Shown in pieces: positions 1 through 9,547 of a stretch of 64,000 bases of DNA; within the stretch, counting starts at the first letter, position 1; every line of letters starts with the position of its first letter. This stretch comes from an uncultured Pseudomonadales bacterium (GTDB lineage Bacteria; Patescibacteriota; Microgenomatia; UBA1400; MFAQ01), in contig CAYTOI010000002.1 in NCBI GenBank assembly GCA_964439805.1, positions 47,489-111,488 of the forward strand. The letters run 5' to 3'. The position numbers and the translations under genes were made by a program. The notes beneath the pieces were generated by a model, which ran no database searches, had not been told where the DNA came from, and was given only the letters and a program-made list of their open reading frames with translations.

Positions 1-711
1 ACCATCTACCCAAAGACCCTGAAGTTTTTCTTTGGCACTTGGTTCCTCTACATTCATTGCGCTTCTTGAATTGTAATCGTCACTAGCTCCGCCAATTAGC
101 TTTGGTAAAAACGAAACAATATCATTATTTTTCTGCGACAAGAAAGTATTTTTCCAAACTAGGTTGTCCCAAGGCTTCGACACAGAGTTAGCGATCAAAA
201 AGTTCTCTGTAGGCATCAAGTCTTTTACAGATGGGGCAATTCTCCTTACTGCTTCAATTTTTGTTTCACCAATTTTTCTATTTACTTCCGACGCTATTTC
301 TAGCAGAGTTTTTTGCCACCAGACACTTTCGCCAGCTGAGGCGCCTTCCCAAATATTGTAGGCGTCTACGATACCTTTGTTTGGCGAACCAGCCATAATA
401 ACCTTCGATACATTTTGGTTATTGAATTTTTGCAAATAAGTTCTGGCTACAAGTCCGCCCATGCTATGACCAACTAAATTTATTTTCTTGTCTGCTAAGT
501 TATTTGCGACAATAAAACCATTTAAGTCACTAGCTAAGTCGTCTAAACTTTTCCTCCAGTCATAAGGGAAAACATAAAAATCTTTATTCACCTCGTAGTT
601 CGCTGCCTTGAGAGAATTAATAACTCCGTCATATTCTTTTACAAACAATGGTACTTGCCAGTTGCTGCCACTGGTACCACCCAAAACTGCTTCTACATTC
701 CAGCTCCCCCC
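1..711 (-). pseudogene. 3' part of an interrupted PGAP1/LCAT-like alpha/beta hydrolase (runs off the window edge)
   Basis: Hand translation from 711 is open to base 1: GGSWNVEAV...FYVFPYDWRKS...INLVGHSMGGLVAR...MAGSPNKG (GHSMGG nucleophile elbow). It has no start of its own and joins in frame to 16284-17000. Confidence 0.9.
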
Positions 712-734
712 AAGGAGGTGTACATTGTTACAAC
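697..734. mobile_element. Left att junction (host B arm + CC core + P' arm)
   Basis: CCAA 710-713 is shared with 16282-16285; arm TTGTTACAAC 725-734 is the exact inverse of GTTGTAACAA 16259-16268. Confidence 0.88.
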
Positions 735-821
735 ATTAAATATATTGTTAGAGTTGTGGTGAGTCGGGTAGAGTATCAACGAGTAAGAATGGAGGGGTCG
801 AGGTACTTCCACCGATAAGGG

Positions 822-1295
822 TTATTTTGAGTTTTTCCCGTTTAGAATATCATCAATTATCTTGTTTCCAGTGTTGCTTACTTGACCAGGTCTTGAACTA
901 AATATTTTTGTAAAGTCTATTGGTTTACTTGGAGGAGTCTGTAGATATGGTAAGAGTCTGTTGATTGGAGTCATTGTAATTGGTGGCAAAGTTCCTGGCT
1001 TGATTTTTAGTGTTAAACTCCCCTTGATTTTTTTATTTATCCACTCCCAAGCATCTTTATTCAATACTCCATTGAAATCATTCATATCGACCTTCATTAT
1101 TAAAAACGATAGTCCTTTGCACCGAGCAATAATGGTATCTGCAAGATACTTCGAAGAGGCGTTGGTTTGGACAATATAAGTATTGGGGAGATAGTGCCAC
1201 CAGTCATCTATTGTGGCCGTTGTTGTAATGGCGCTATGAAATACTGACGGTTCAATACCTTGGGTGTCGTTGTAGGTAATTAAATAAAACTTCAT
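822..1295 (-). CDS. Hypothetical protein (small ferredoxin-like N-terminal domain, DDWWHYLPNTYIV)
   Basis: 157-aa ORF overlapping the upstream ORF by ATGA. Confidence 0.65.
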   Translation of the reverse strand: MKFYLITYNDTQGIEPSVFHSAITTTATIDDWWHYLPNTYIVQTNASSKYLADTIIARCKGLSFLIMKVDMNDFNGVLNKDAWEWINKKIKGSLTLKIKPGTLPPITMTPINRLLPYLQTPPSKPIDFTKIFSSRPGQVSNTGNKIIDDILNGKNSK

Positions 1296-1711
1296 ATTTT
1301 TACCTCCTTTCCTGATACTGGCTCAACTTCATAGGTTAGCGACTTTGGAATATTCTTTATAGTCGGTTGGTAAAATTCTGTTTGGGTAGGCAATTCCATT
1401 AAACCAGAAGTTTTATTCCCAAGCTGGATTTTTTGAAGTTGAATCCAATACTTATCTTCTCTGAACATATCTTTGTGATAAATTGCCAAATAACCCATGA
1501 ACCCTGAAATTCCAGCACAAAAAACCAGAAAGGAACAAAAAGCGTATAGCGGATAACCGAAGAAGGCAAAAAGTACAAGAAAAAACCCGATTATCTGTAG
1601 CAAATAAAGAAAATGTTTTGCGCCACTACTTTGTGAGACAAATTGTAAAATTTGTCCTGCCACTCGCATTATGGTCGAATCTCTATTGTCTGGCATATTA
1701 TCTATGCCCAT
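1292..1711 (-). CDS. Two-TM membrane protein (start may be ATG 1696)
   Basis: Two hydrophobic segments; TAAAAT lies immediately upstream. Confidence 0.65.
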   Translation of the reverse strand: MGIDNMPDNRDSTIMRVAGQILQFVSQSSGAKHFLYLLQIIGFFLVLFAFFGYPLYAFCSFLVFCAGISGFMGYLAIYHKDMFREDKYWIQLQKIQLGNKTSGLMELPTQTEFYQPTIKNIPKSLTYEVEPVSGKEVKI

Positions 1712-1721
1712 ATTTTACACC

Positions 1722-2135
1722 CTACCTCACCGCATTATATTCAACCGCGCATTTCCAAGAACAACAAGCTTCTCCTGCTGGACATGGCTTGCCACATACT
1801 CTACATTTTCCAGGTACAAACTTTTTAACCATCTTTCTATTCGATTCTCTACACACTACACTGCAATATCTAGTTTTTGGATAACCCAAGAAATTTCCGC
1901 CACAAGCCTTACATGTTAACCGCGAAGCATGTTCTCCCAAGCTCTCCAACTTACAACTATTTGAGCAATAACTTTTTTGGTCTTCCTTTAATTTCTTACC
2001 GCAAAACTTACAAACCTTTTCTATTTCTTTTGGTTTGGGCGCTGGGGGATTTAAAAAATCATGTTCGCATTTTGGGCTACAGAATCGCCCCGAACCATAG
2101 AAAAAACTAGAACAATAAGTGCAACTGCCCCACAT
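1722..2135 (-). CDS. Cys-rich multi-zinc-finger protein
   Basis: Four CxxC...Y/FCSxxC-type units. Confidence 0.7.
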   Translation of the reverse strand: MWGSCTYCSSFFYGSGRFCSPKCEHDFLNPPAPKPKEIEKVCKFCGKKLKEDQKSYCSNSCKLESLGEHASRLTCKACGGNFLGYPKTRYCSVVCRESNRKMVKKFVPGKCRVCGKPCPAGEACCSWKCAVEYNAVR

Positions 2136-2137
2136 AG

Positions 2138-2305
2138 TTATTTATTGGACTGTTTCTTTATCGCTGGTCGGTTCTTACTGTATCCAAGATTAAAAGCTGG
2201 TTTGTCTTTATCTTGCAACATTGGAATAGGAGCTTTGTTTATTGAGCCTTGTGGTGGCAAGCTTCCCATTTGGTAACCTTGATTTTTTTTGGTTTCAAAA
2301 GTCAT
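2138..2305 (-). CDS. Small hypothetical protein (55 aa, MTFETKKNQG...)
   Basis: Hand-translated; fills the gap in the operon. Confidence 0.5.
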   Translation of the reverse strand: MTFETKKNQGYQMGSLPPQGSINKAPIPMLQDKDKPAFNLGYSKNRPAIKKQSNK

Positions 2306-2320
2306 TTTGTATTTAAATAA

Positions 2321-2740
2321 TTAGTAAAGTAGGTCATCTTCGAGTTGACCTTGTAGTTTTTCTAAGCGTTCCTCTTTGGTTTGCCAACCACGAACTCTAC
2401 TTTTTTCCAAAGCTTCCTCTGTCTTTTTTTGAGCCTCAACTACTCCAGCCCAATACTTTCCTTTTTCGTCGAATGTCATTGCTGGCATTTCAGAAGCGGC
2501 ACTCACGCGCTCAATTAATTCTGAGTGTGCTTGGGTGTACCCTTTCACCTTCATTTCTTGAAGCGTTTTTTGTTGGTTCGCCTCAAGAACTGGCTTCCAG
2601 TTATCGAAAGCGGGTCCAATTCCAACTTCTAAATCCTTTTGAGCTTTGTCCATAGCAATGGCATTGTTTAAGCGCTCTATAAAAGAGGGGTTGGTAGATG
2701 ATGTTTTGTATGCGACATCGCGCATTATTGGTCTGTTCAT
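2321..2740 (-). CDS. Hypothetical protein
   Basis: 139-aa ORF packed in the operon. Confidence 0.65.
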   Translation of the reverse strand: MNRPIMRDVAYKTSSTNPSFIERLNNAIAMDKAQKDLEVGIGPAFDNWKPVLEANQQKTLQEMKVKGYTQAHSELIERVSAASEMPAMTFDEKGKYWAGVVEAQKKTEEALEKSRVRGWQTKEERLEKLQGQLEDDLLY

Positions 2741-2884
2741 TTATTTAACTTTCTTGTTGTTATTAACTCCACTCGCTATTCTTCTAGCTCTTACAGGGTT
2801 AAATCCGCGAGCTAATAATTCAGCAAGTTTCTTAATAAACTTTTCCCCTTTACCCTGGGGACCAGGAATGTCGTTGTATGCCAT
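2741..2884 (-). CDS. Small basic hypothetical protein (47 aa, MAYNDIPGPQG...)
   Basis: Hand-translated; abuts both neighbours. Confidence 0.55.
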   Translation of the reverse strand: MAYNDIPGPQGKGEKFIKKLAELLARGFNPVRARRIASGVNNNKKVK

Positions 2885-2886
2885 AG

Positions 2887-5800
2887 TTATAATTTTGTTT
2901 TAAATCCTTTTAGAAAATCGCTGGAGTCGTATTCCTCAAGAAGGGACTTGGGAAGTTTGCCTACTTTGGGAGCAATTATTTTTCTAGGAGCGGAAGCCTT
3001 AATGGGTGAGACTGAGATTTTTCTTATTGCGGGTGACTTGGTTCCAGAACTAACCTTCTTGCCTTTGGTTGCTGATATGACCTTGTTAAATGCTTTCTGT
3101 TGGTTCTCAGTGATAAAACCATCATCTAGCCACTTAGCTGTAACTCCTGTGGTTAAAACCTCGGACTCAGCAAGTTTATAAACTGTCTGGGCGTATTGTT
3201 GTTCTGTCATTCCTGAAAGGAAGTTCACCAAGTAGTTTCCACGACTGCCACTATCGACAGGAAGTGTCTTCATCATTTTCAAAGAACTTTCTTCGTAATT
3301 TGGCAAGCCTCTTTTTTGTAGAACTAACTCAATTTTGTCTTTAGATAGTCCAGACTGAAAAATTTGCTTTATTTCGTTAACTTGGTCTGAGACCTGTGTT
3401 TGTTTGTCCAAAGTGTCCAACAGTAAATCACCTCTTGAGGTACTAGTTTTTTTAGTTGTACCAAAAACTTTCTCCTTTAATAAATCGAAGAGGTTAAAAC
3501 TTTGCTGGCCAGAAATATCTTTTTTCAATGACTCCGCTTGTGTTCTGCCTTGTGTTGCTGTGGCATACGCGTCTTCTGGTTTTATTCCAGCGGAAACAAG
3601 TGACCTGTAAATGTCGGATTGGTTAACACCTAATGGATTTGGTTTATCAAAATACTTTTTGGCATTTTCTCCAACTGTAGGACCAAACATAATATCTTGC
3701 ACAGCGTTACCGCTCGGATACTTAAGGTTTCCTGTGGTTGGTGAGTACACTCCGCCTTGGAGCTGGCTTTGTAGGCCATTGTAGGACTTCAATATTTGGC
3801 CTCCTGCGGGGATGTATGACATTCCGCCTTTGAGAATGTCTTTTGGTCCATTTTCGTTACCTGTTGCTGTTTCAATAATTCCCTTTGGAAGTTGTAGGGT
3901 TGGTGGCGTTGTAGATATTCCAGAATTAAAAGGAATCATATTGTCCCACTCCATTCCTACAGCTTTTCCAATTGTTGAGGTGAACAATAAGGAAGCACCT
4001 ATATAGCGAAGTAGACCAGCAAAATCTTTTTGTACTACTTTGTTTCCTAAAAACTCCACTTGTTTGACCCCGAAAGACTGGAATTGTAAAAGTGTTTTTG
4101 CAATATCGCTTTGTAAAGCTACAGGTGTGTCTATGGCTCCAAAATTAAACTGTGTCTTGCGGACAATAGACTTGGCGAATTCAATAGCTTTTTCCTCACT
4201 TATTCCTTTATCTATCGCTTGAGCTTTCGCGCCCCAATAAGCGGCGCCTCTATTTACTTTCTCAGCTAGGTTAAACATGTAAAACAATCCGTCGTCCAGT
4301 TTTTGTAAAGTTTTACGAGTGGCGTTTAGGGTTCTATCTTCAATAAAAGAATTTTTAAGAACTCCAACTTTTTCCAGCTCACTATCGGCACCCGTGACAA
4401 AGTTCTTTAAGTTCTTGGCGACCTGGGTATAACCTTTGAGAGTGTATTTTTCTCCTAGTTCTGCGTAGGTATTGGCTCCTTGAGACAGGTTACGAAGGGC
4501 ACTCGCTGGATTCAAGCCAATTAAACCCTTGTAGACGGCTTGTCTAGCTTTTTGGGTAATAGCAGTCGTTGGTCTTTGACCAAATTTATAGCCAATAGGA
4601 CTACTTTTTATCGTGTTGTCCAAGAGGTTATCAATATCGGTAGGACGCATTTGGACACGGTCAATAAAATTCTTTACATAATTAAACTGTGAAGTTTCTA
4701 GGTCGTCGGCTACAGTTTTAACTTTCTCAAGTGCAGGGTCCATCCAATACTTACGGACTGCTCTTTTTGTATAAGCGTCCAAAGCCTGCCAAGTGTCTTG
4801 TATGTAACCTTCAGCGTCACCGCGTTTTTGGAGGAAAGGGTCATAAGTAGAGCCCGCAACCTTGTCACGAATTAACTTCGCAAATTCTGGGTCAAACTCT
4901 TGCTCTACTTCACCTCTCTTAAAAATATGGGTAATGTAGTTTGAGAGTCTTTTGTCTTTTGGAAGTTTTAACTTCTCAGCCCAATCGGAAAGATAACCCT
5001 TGATTTCAGTAGCCACTTTCAACTCTGTCTTATCCAAAAACTTCTCAGGCGCTTTACCGTCTAGGTACTGGAAAATAAGTTTATTGCTTTCTGGTGAGAC
5101 TTGTTTACTCCACTCTGTAATTTTGCTAATTTCCTTTGGAAGTTCATCCAAATATGTATCGTGTGCCAAGCGAATACTTTGAAACTCTGGCTTAAGTCCC
5201 ATTTTGCTAAACACAGTTGAGGGAGTGCGAAGGTAGTCCAATAAATTTACTTTTGACTTAACACTAAGTCCTGCCTCATCCGCAAACTTTGTCGCCATGT
5301 TCTCAATTGTTTTACCTTCTATTTTCGCCCAAGCTTTACTTGCTGGCATTTCTATCATTTCTTTTTCTGAAAATTTACCAGCTAAATAACTCAATCTCTT
5401 TTGAGGGTCTAAGCTTCTAAATGCTTTTTGTAACTTTGTAAATGGTCCAGCTTCACCCTCCAATTTACTTGCAAGTACTTGGGCGCCTTTCTTGATTAAG
5501 GGACTGGCTTTTGCACCAATATCCTCAATAGGGGCAGTCATACCCATAATCATTCCCGACATTCTGTTAAAGTCTTCTTTTTGTAAACTCTTTATATCTT
5601 GAGGTGTAGCTTTGTCATTGTAAAAATTTTCTGTAGCGGTTCTTGTCTCATCTGAAGGGCTCAACATGGTTTTAAATAGACCGCCAAAAACTGGTGTTTT
5701 GAAAATTGTGTTTTTTTTAAAATTCTCAATTGCTGGTGAGGCTTTAACTGGTGCACCATATAAACCAACCTTTCTAGCTTTTTCGGAATCTGAAATATAT

Positions 5801-6036
5801 TGGTCAAATTGTTGCTGTAAACCTTGGAAGGCTTTTGACAAATCGACTTTAAAAGTAGGCTTTTGGACTGTGTCCAAGTTTTTGACTATTTCACGAGTTG
5901 ATAAATTGCTTGGTCTGTAAGTAGATAACTCAGCGTTTAACTGGGCGTTTCTGTATGGGTCAATTGTTTTTTGTGGAGTGGGAGCGGGGTTTACGAACTC
6001 TTTGACCTTCTGGACGATGGCCTTAAAAATATTCAT
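2887..6036 (-). CDS. Large phage internal-virion / DNA-ejection-like protein (1049 aa)
   Basis: Helical protein with motifs NYITHIF, GLNPASALRNLSQ, AEKVNR, KTQFNF...LLQFQSF that resemble podovirus core / large polyvalent proteins (recognition, not searched). Confidence 0.6.
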   Translation of the reverse strand: MNIFKAIVQKVKEFVNPAPTPQKTIDPYRNAQLNAELSTYRPSNLSTREIVKNLDTVQKPTFKVDLSKAFQGLQQQFDQYISDSEKARKVGLYGAPVKASPAIENFKKNTIFKTPVFGGLFKTMLSPSDETRTATENFYNDKATPQDIKSLQKEDFNRMSGMIMGMTAPIEDIGAKASPLIKKGAQVLASKLEGEAGPFTKLQKAFRSLDPQKRLSYLAGKFSEKEMIEMPASKAWAKIEGKTIENMATKFADEAGLSVKSKVNLLDYLRTPSTVFSKMGLKPEFQSIRLAHDTYLDELPKEISKITEWSKQVSPESNKLIFQYLDGKAPEKFLDKTELKVATEIKGYLSDWAEKLKLPKDKRLSNYITHIFKRGEVEQEFDPEFAKLIRDKVAGSTYDPFLQKRGDAEGYIQDTWQALDAYTKRAVRKYWMDPALEKVKTVADDLETSQFNYVKNFIDRVQMRPTDIDNLLDNTIKSSPIGYKFGQRPTTAITQKARQAVYKGLIGLNPASALRNLSQGANTYAELGEKYTLKGYTQVAKNLKNFVTGADSELEKVGVLKNSFIEDRTLNATRKTLQKLDDGLFYMFNLAEKVNRGAAYWGAKAQAIDKGISEEKAIEFAKSIVRKTQFNFGAIDTPVALQSDIAKTLLQFQSFGVKQVEFLGNKVVQKDFAGLLRYIGASLLFTSTIGKAVGMEWDNMIPFNSGISTTPPTLQLPKGIIETATGNENGPKDILKGGMSYIPAGGQILKSYNGLQSQLQGGVYSPTTGNLKYPSGNAVQDIMFGPTVGENAKKYFDKPNPLGVNQSDIYRSLVSAGIKPEDAYATATQGRTQAESLKKDISGQQSFNLFDLLKEKVFGTTKKTSTSRGDLLLDTLDKQTQVSDQVNEIKQIFQSGLSKDKIELVLQKRGLPNYEESSLKMMKTLPVDSGSRGNYLVNFLSGMTEQQYAQTVYKLAESEVLTTGVTAKWLDDGFITENQQKAFNKVISATKGKKVSSGTKSPAIRKISVSPIKASAPRKIIAPKVGKLPKSLLEEYDSSDFLKGFKTKL

Positions 6037-7253
6037 TATGCGAATATGTCAAATAATTCGGTGAAGGTGTTTCCTTGTAACTCACTGTCACTTAGTAGAG
6101 TGCTCTTGCTGTCATAAGTTGTTCTTGTTGGAACTTGTGAGCTTTGGGAAGGTGCTTGGTTGTCGTATCCTGAAAACTGGACGTTGTTTATTTTTGGAAC
6201 TGAGAGAACAGTTTCAGCATTTTTTGCTAGATTGTTTTGTAGTTGAGTCTTTACTTGCTCGCGCCACATGTTTAGTTCTAGTTCTGCGGCGTATTTTTGA
6301 TTTGCTAAAGCTTGACTGTCGGCAAGCTGTTGTCTAAGAACGTCTACTTTGGCCGCTTGTCTTGCTGACTCAGTTTCAAACTTCCTTGCTTGTATTTCTG
6401 CTCTTTTTTGGTCGTATAAAGAATTTATTTTTTTAAGTTCTGTGGCTTGTGCCTTTTGTAGCTCAAATTTTTTATCGTTTACAAATTTGTTTGCATTATC
6501 GAAGTATTGGAACGCTTGAGTTATTCCCTCCATCATTGTTTTACGAAGTCCACCAGTACCGCGAAGCGTCTCTTGTCCAAGTAAATCACTAACCGCGGCT
6601 CCTGTTGAGCTTCCACCTCCGAAGCGGTTCATTGCTCCTTGTTTTAAGGTGTTGTACTCGCGAATGGCGTTACTGTAAGCTGAAGAGTATTGGTCTTGTA
6701 GAGTTTGCTGTGCGTTGTCTCTATTTTGGGCGTACTGTCCCAAACTTCTATCAAGTTCGTTTTGCGCTGATATTGAAGCGTTGTTTGCTTCCTCAATTGC
6801 AATAGGGCGTTGCTTTTCTAGTTCACCAAGATAGTTATCGTATGTTTGATTTAAGGGAGCATAAATGGAATCAATTTCACCGTTTAAGTTATTACCAGAT
6901 GAATTGCCAAGTTCTGCTTCGTATCTAGCTCTTTGGCTTGGGTCGTTAAGAATATTGTTGATGGTGTTCTGGTCATTAAAACCAAACTTACTTCTTAACA
7001 AATCAGCAGTTAACCCTCCCGAAGATTGTTGGGGTTGTGGTGTTGGAGTTGAGCTATAAGTTTTTTGTACAGAATTAACAAGAGGTTTAATTGTTGTATT
7101 GTTTGGTTGAGTTATGGGAAGAGTGCTGTAGTCTGGTGGATTGTTAGTCACTGTTCTAGCGAATTCCGCTTGTCGAACCGTCGAAGAATTCATAATGGAA
7201 TCCCAAGTCTTTTGGAAAATGTTTCTTGTATCGGGCAGGATTGAATCTGGCAT
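6036..7253 (-). CDS. Gln/Asn-rich coiled-coil protein, ejection/pilot-like (405 aa)
   Basis: Long coiled coil with a Gly-rich break (RFGGGSSTGAA); coupled to the 1049-aa ORF. Confidence 0.5.
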   Translation of the reverse strand: MPDSILPDTRNIFQKTWDSIMNSSTVRQAEFARTVTNNPPDYSTLPITQPNNTTIKPLVNSVQKTYSSTPTPQPQQSSGGLTADLLRSKFGFNDQNTINNILNDPSQRARYEAELGNSSGNNLNGEIDSIYAPLNQTYDNYLGELEKQRPIAIEEANNASISAQNELDRSLGQYAQNRDNAQQTLQDQYSSAYSNAIREYNTLKQGAMNRFGGGSSTGAAVSDLLGQETLRGTGGLRKTMMEGITQAFQYFDNANKFVNDKKFELQKAQATELKKINSLYDQKRAEIQARKFETESARQAAKVDVLRQQLADSQALANQKYAAELELNMWREQVKTQLQNNLAKNAETVLSVPKINNVQFSGYDNQAPSQSSQVPTRTTYDSKSTLLSDSELQGNTFTELFDIFA

Positions 7254-7521
7254 GTATGTTTTTTGTTTTTTTTAAATAATTAGTTAGTTGCATGACCTCC
7301 GAAGAGGTCGAAAATGTTTGAGCACTGCGCATAATCGAGGTGAAAAGTAAGAAAATCCTTGATTTACCGTTTAGAAGCTCGGTCAACTCCTTTCCAAAGT
7401 TGACCCAACCTCCAAATACACAAAAAGACCCACTGTTTAAATGGGTCTTTGAGTCGAAGAACAGTTGCAACTGTTTCTCAAACAATATCCTTATATCAAC
7501 AAACTACAGGATAAAAGTCAA
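7254..7521 (-). promoter_or_regulatory. Promoter plus structured leader/attenuator of the virion-like operon
   Basis: TTGACT 7521-7516; hairpins at 7424-7450 (with U tract), 7381-7405 and 7294-7309 (cUUCGg loop on the minus strand). Confidence 0.55.
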
Positions 7522-7616
7522 TAGGTAAATAGTCATAAATAAATTTAAATGACATCCTAGAGCATTGTAGTGGGTCAAAAATGAGTGATAATTTGGTGAA
7601 GGGGTAAAATATGGGT

Positions 7617-8162
7617 ATGGAAGAAAACAAAACAATTCTTCACTTGTCAAAAACAGAAGTTGTAAGAAGAGAAATTGAAACAGCTATCGCAATGTTTTTT
7701 ACAGGTGGAGAACCTGTAGCTATACATTTAATTGCTCAATCTGCAAACGATATATTGACTAAGTTAGGAGGTAAGTCTTTTTATTCAGATATATCAAGTT
7801 ACATAAAGCCAGAACATCAAAAATGGTTTACAGATATAATCAGGAAACCAAACAATTTTTTTAAACACGTGTTGAGAGACGAAAACGAAGTATTAACCTT
7901 CAACCCCGAAGCAACAACCTTTATACTTTGGGACTGCGTTGAGATGTATAAAAAGTCTACTGGCGAAGTTACTGGAAAAATGACGGCATACCTCCTTTAC
8001 TTCTGGGCAAACAATCCTCAAATTATTGTAGAAAAAGAGCACCGAGACGAGTTTCAAAAGGCCATGGCTAATGGCCCAATATCAAAAGCAGAATTTCTTA
8101 AATTTGCCGATAACATGGAAAACTCGAGAATTACAGGAAGACTTATGCCCACAGGTATATAA
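7617..8162 (+). CDS. Hypothetical cargo protein
   Basis: ORF; TAAAAT 6 nt before ATG 7617. Confidence 0.7.
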   Translation: MEENKTILHLSKTEVVRREIETAIAMFFTGGEPVAIHLIAQSANDILTKLGGKSFYSDISSYIKPEHQKWFTDIIRKPNNFFKHVLRDENEVLTFNPEATTFILWDCVEMYKKSTGEVTGKMTAYLLYFWANNPQIIVEKEHRDEFQKAMANGPISKAEFLKFADNMENSRITGRLMPTGI

Positions 8163-8173
8163 TCCACCTCATA

Positions 8174-8632
8174 ATGAAGAAAATACTGCTTTCCTTGGTT
8201 TTTCTGCTCGTAAGTGCTTCGCCTGTATTCGCTCATCCTGGACGTACGGACTCAAGCGGTTGCCATGTTTGCAGAACAAACTGTGATAAATGGGGCGTTT
8301 CTTGGAATGTAAAACACTGTCATGGTGGCTCAGTTGCTCCAGTAGTAACAGCAAAACCTACTGTTAAGGCGACACCACTACCAACAAGAATCTACACACC
8401 AGCTCCTACAAAAATAGCTACTCCAACACTAACTAAATTGGTAACCCCTACACCTACACCAACCGCTACACCCACTCCTACAGTTGAGCCCACTGTAACA
8501 ACTACACTGACTCCAACAATTGAGGTTACAGCTATACCTACAAACACTCCAACACCCACCGTCTTGGGCACTAAGACGACTCAAGGGAGAGGCTTTTGGG
8601 GATGGTTATCAAGAATGTTTGGTGGTAAATGA
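8174..8632 (+). CDS. Secreted YHYH-like domain protein with Pro/Thr-rich stalk
   Basis: Signal peptide, HPGRTDSSGCH...HCH, PT repeats, amphipathic C-terminal tail. Confidence 0.75.
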   Translation: MKKILLSLVFLLVSASPVFAHPGRTDSSGCHVCRTNCDKWGVSWNVKHCHGGSVAPVVTAKPTVKATPLPTRIYTPAPTKIATPTLTKLVTPTPTPTATPTPTVEPTVTTTLTPTIEVTAIPTNTPTPTVLGTKTTQGRGFWGWLSRMFGGK

Positions 8633-8961
8633 AAAACATAATAGTTGTTTTGGGTATGTTAATGGTTGGGTTTGGATTTTATTGGACTCAGGTGAGACCA
8701 TCGCAAATAAAACATGACTGTTCTTGGAAAAAAGTTGTTGTTCCATACCAACCAGCAAAACCACCAATGACAGATGAAGAGTTGGTTAAACAAGGAATAA
8801 CCATAAACTGTACAGATGAAGGCAGTTCAATGGAAGACTTATTTTGTAAAAGTAGGTTAGAAATGTTTAGAAAAGGTTCTCCAGAAATACCTGCTTCTGA
8901 AAATTGGAAAAAGACCAACGACGTCGAGTATAAATTTTGTTTGAGAGATAAAGGGTTATAA
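8629..8961 (+). CDS. Membrane-anchored hypothetical protein with four Cys
   Basis: N-terminal TM; ATGA overlap with the previous gene. Confidence 0.65.
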   Translation: MKNIIVVLGMLMVGFGFYWTQVRPSQIKHDCSWKKVVVPYQPAKPPMTDEELVKQGITINCTDEGSSMEDLFCKSRLEMFRKGSPEIPASENWKKTNDVEYKFCLRDKGL

Positions 8962-9059
8962 AAAACACACCCATTACACATTGATGAAAATATAAGTTTG
9001 TGCGAGAATAGTTCTCTCGACCTTTCGGTTGGGGTACCCTTAATTTAAGGAGATTCAAA

Positions 9060-9278
9060 ATGGCAGACGGCGATGAAGATGAGGCAGACAACACGCAAGT
9101 AACTTGGAACACGAACACAGAACAGGGCACAGGAAATGGGACTAACCAGACCACGACCTATGAACGCTCACTACCACAGGAAAACAGCAAGAACACTCAA
9201 ACGGGTGACCACAAGTTCTATGACCCCCGCAACCAGCGTTCTGGTGTAGCAGGCGGAAGCCGCAACGACGAAAATTAA
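9060..9278 (+). CDS. Small hydrophilic hypothetical protein
   Basis: AGGAG SD upstream, terminator downstream. Confidence 0.6.
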   Translation: MADGDEDEADNTQVTWNTNTEQGTGNGTNQTTTYERSLPQENSKNTQTGDHKFYDPRNQRSGVAGGSRNDEN

Positions 9279-9286
9279 TTTGGTTT

Positions 9287-9313
9287 GGTGGGGTTTTATA
9301 CCCCACCTTTTTT
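9287..9313 (+). terminator. Intrinsic terminator
   Basis: GGTGGGG-N7-CCCCACC followed by a T tract. Confidence 0.75.
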
Positions 9314-9331
9314 GTGGTCTATAATCTAGCT

Positions 9332-9547
9332 ATGTCAGAAAAAATAGAAATTGATAAAACACTCACGCCAGAGAATGCAGTGGATAGAGGTCTAATGTGG
9401 GTCAAGGATGTAATTGTAGACAACGAAGCACCAGACGAAGCTATGCAGGATATTTTGGAGCTAATAAAAAATGGTGACGTTATTGGGCTACCGGCTGGAG
9501 AAAATGTAGAGAATAATTTATGTGGACTTTATAGAAAAATTTCCTAG
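9332..9547 (+). CDS. Hypothetical protein
   Basis: TATAAT 6 nt before ATG 9332. Confidence 0.6.
   Translation: MSEKIEIDKTLTPENAVDRGLMWVKDVIVDNEAPDEAMQDILELIKNGDVIGLPAGENVENNLCGLYRKIS

Noticed and set aside
704-708. CTCCC (704-708 / 16276-16280) as the crossover core
   Set aside because: It is shared, but the 10-bp inverted arms centre on CC 710-711 / 16282-16283; CTCCC is part of the half-site consensus
712-738. Element-supplied new start for the 3' half of the hydrolase
   Set aside because: In-frame TAA at 738-736 with no start codon between it and the junction
735-818. A third attP-like repeat
   Set aside because: No GTTGTAACAA arm at the 60-bp register here or at 16139
7156-7528. ORF-track ORFs 7156-7485 and 7340-7528, plus 11568-11789 and the many short antisense ORFs
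   Set aside because: They overlap structured leaders or lie opposite well-supported genes, and show no protein-like features
8350-8560. DNA tandem repeat
   Set aside because: Explained by Pro/Thr codons of the stalk
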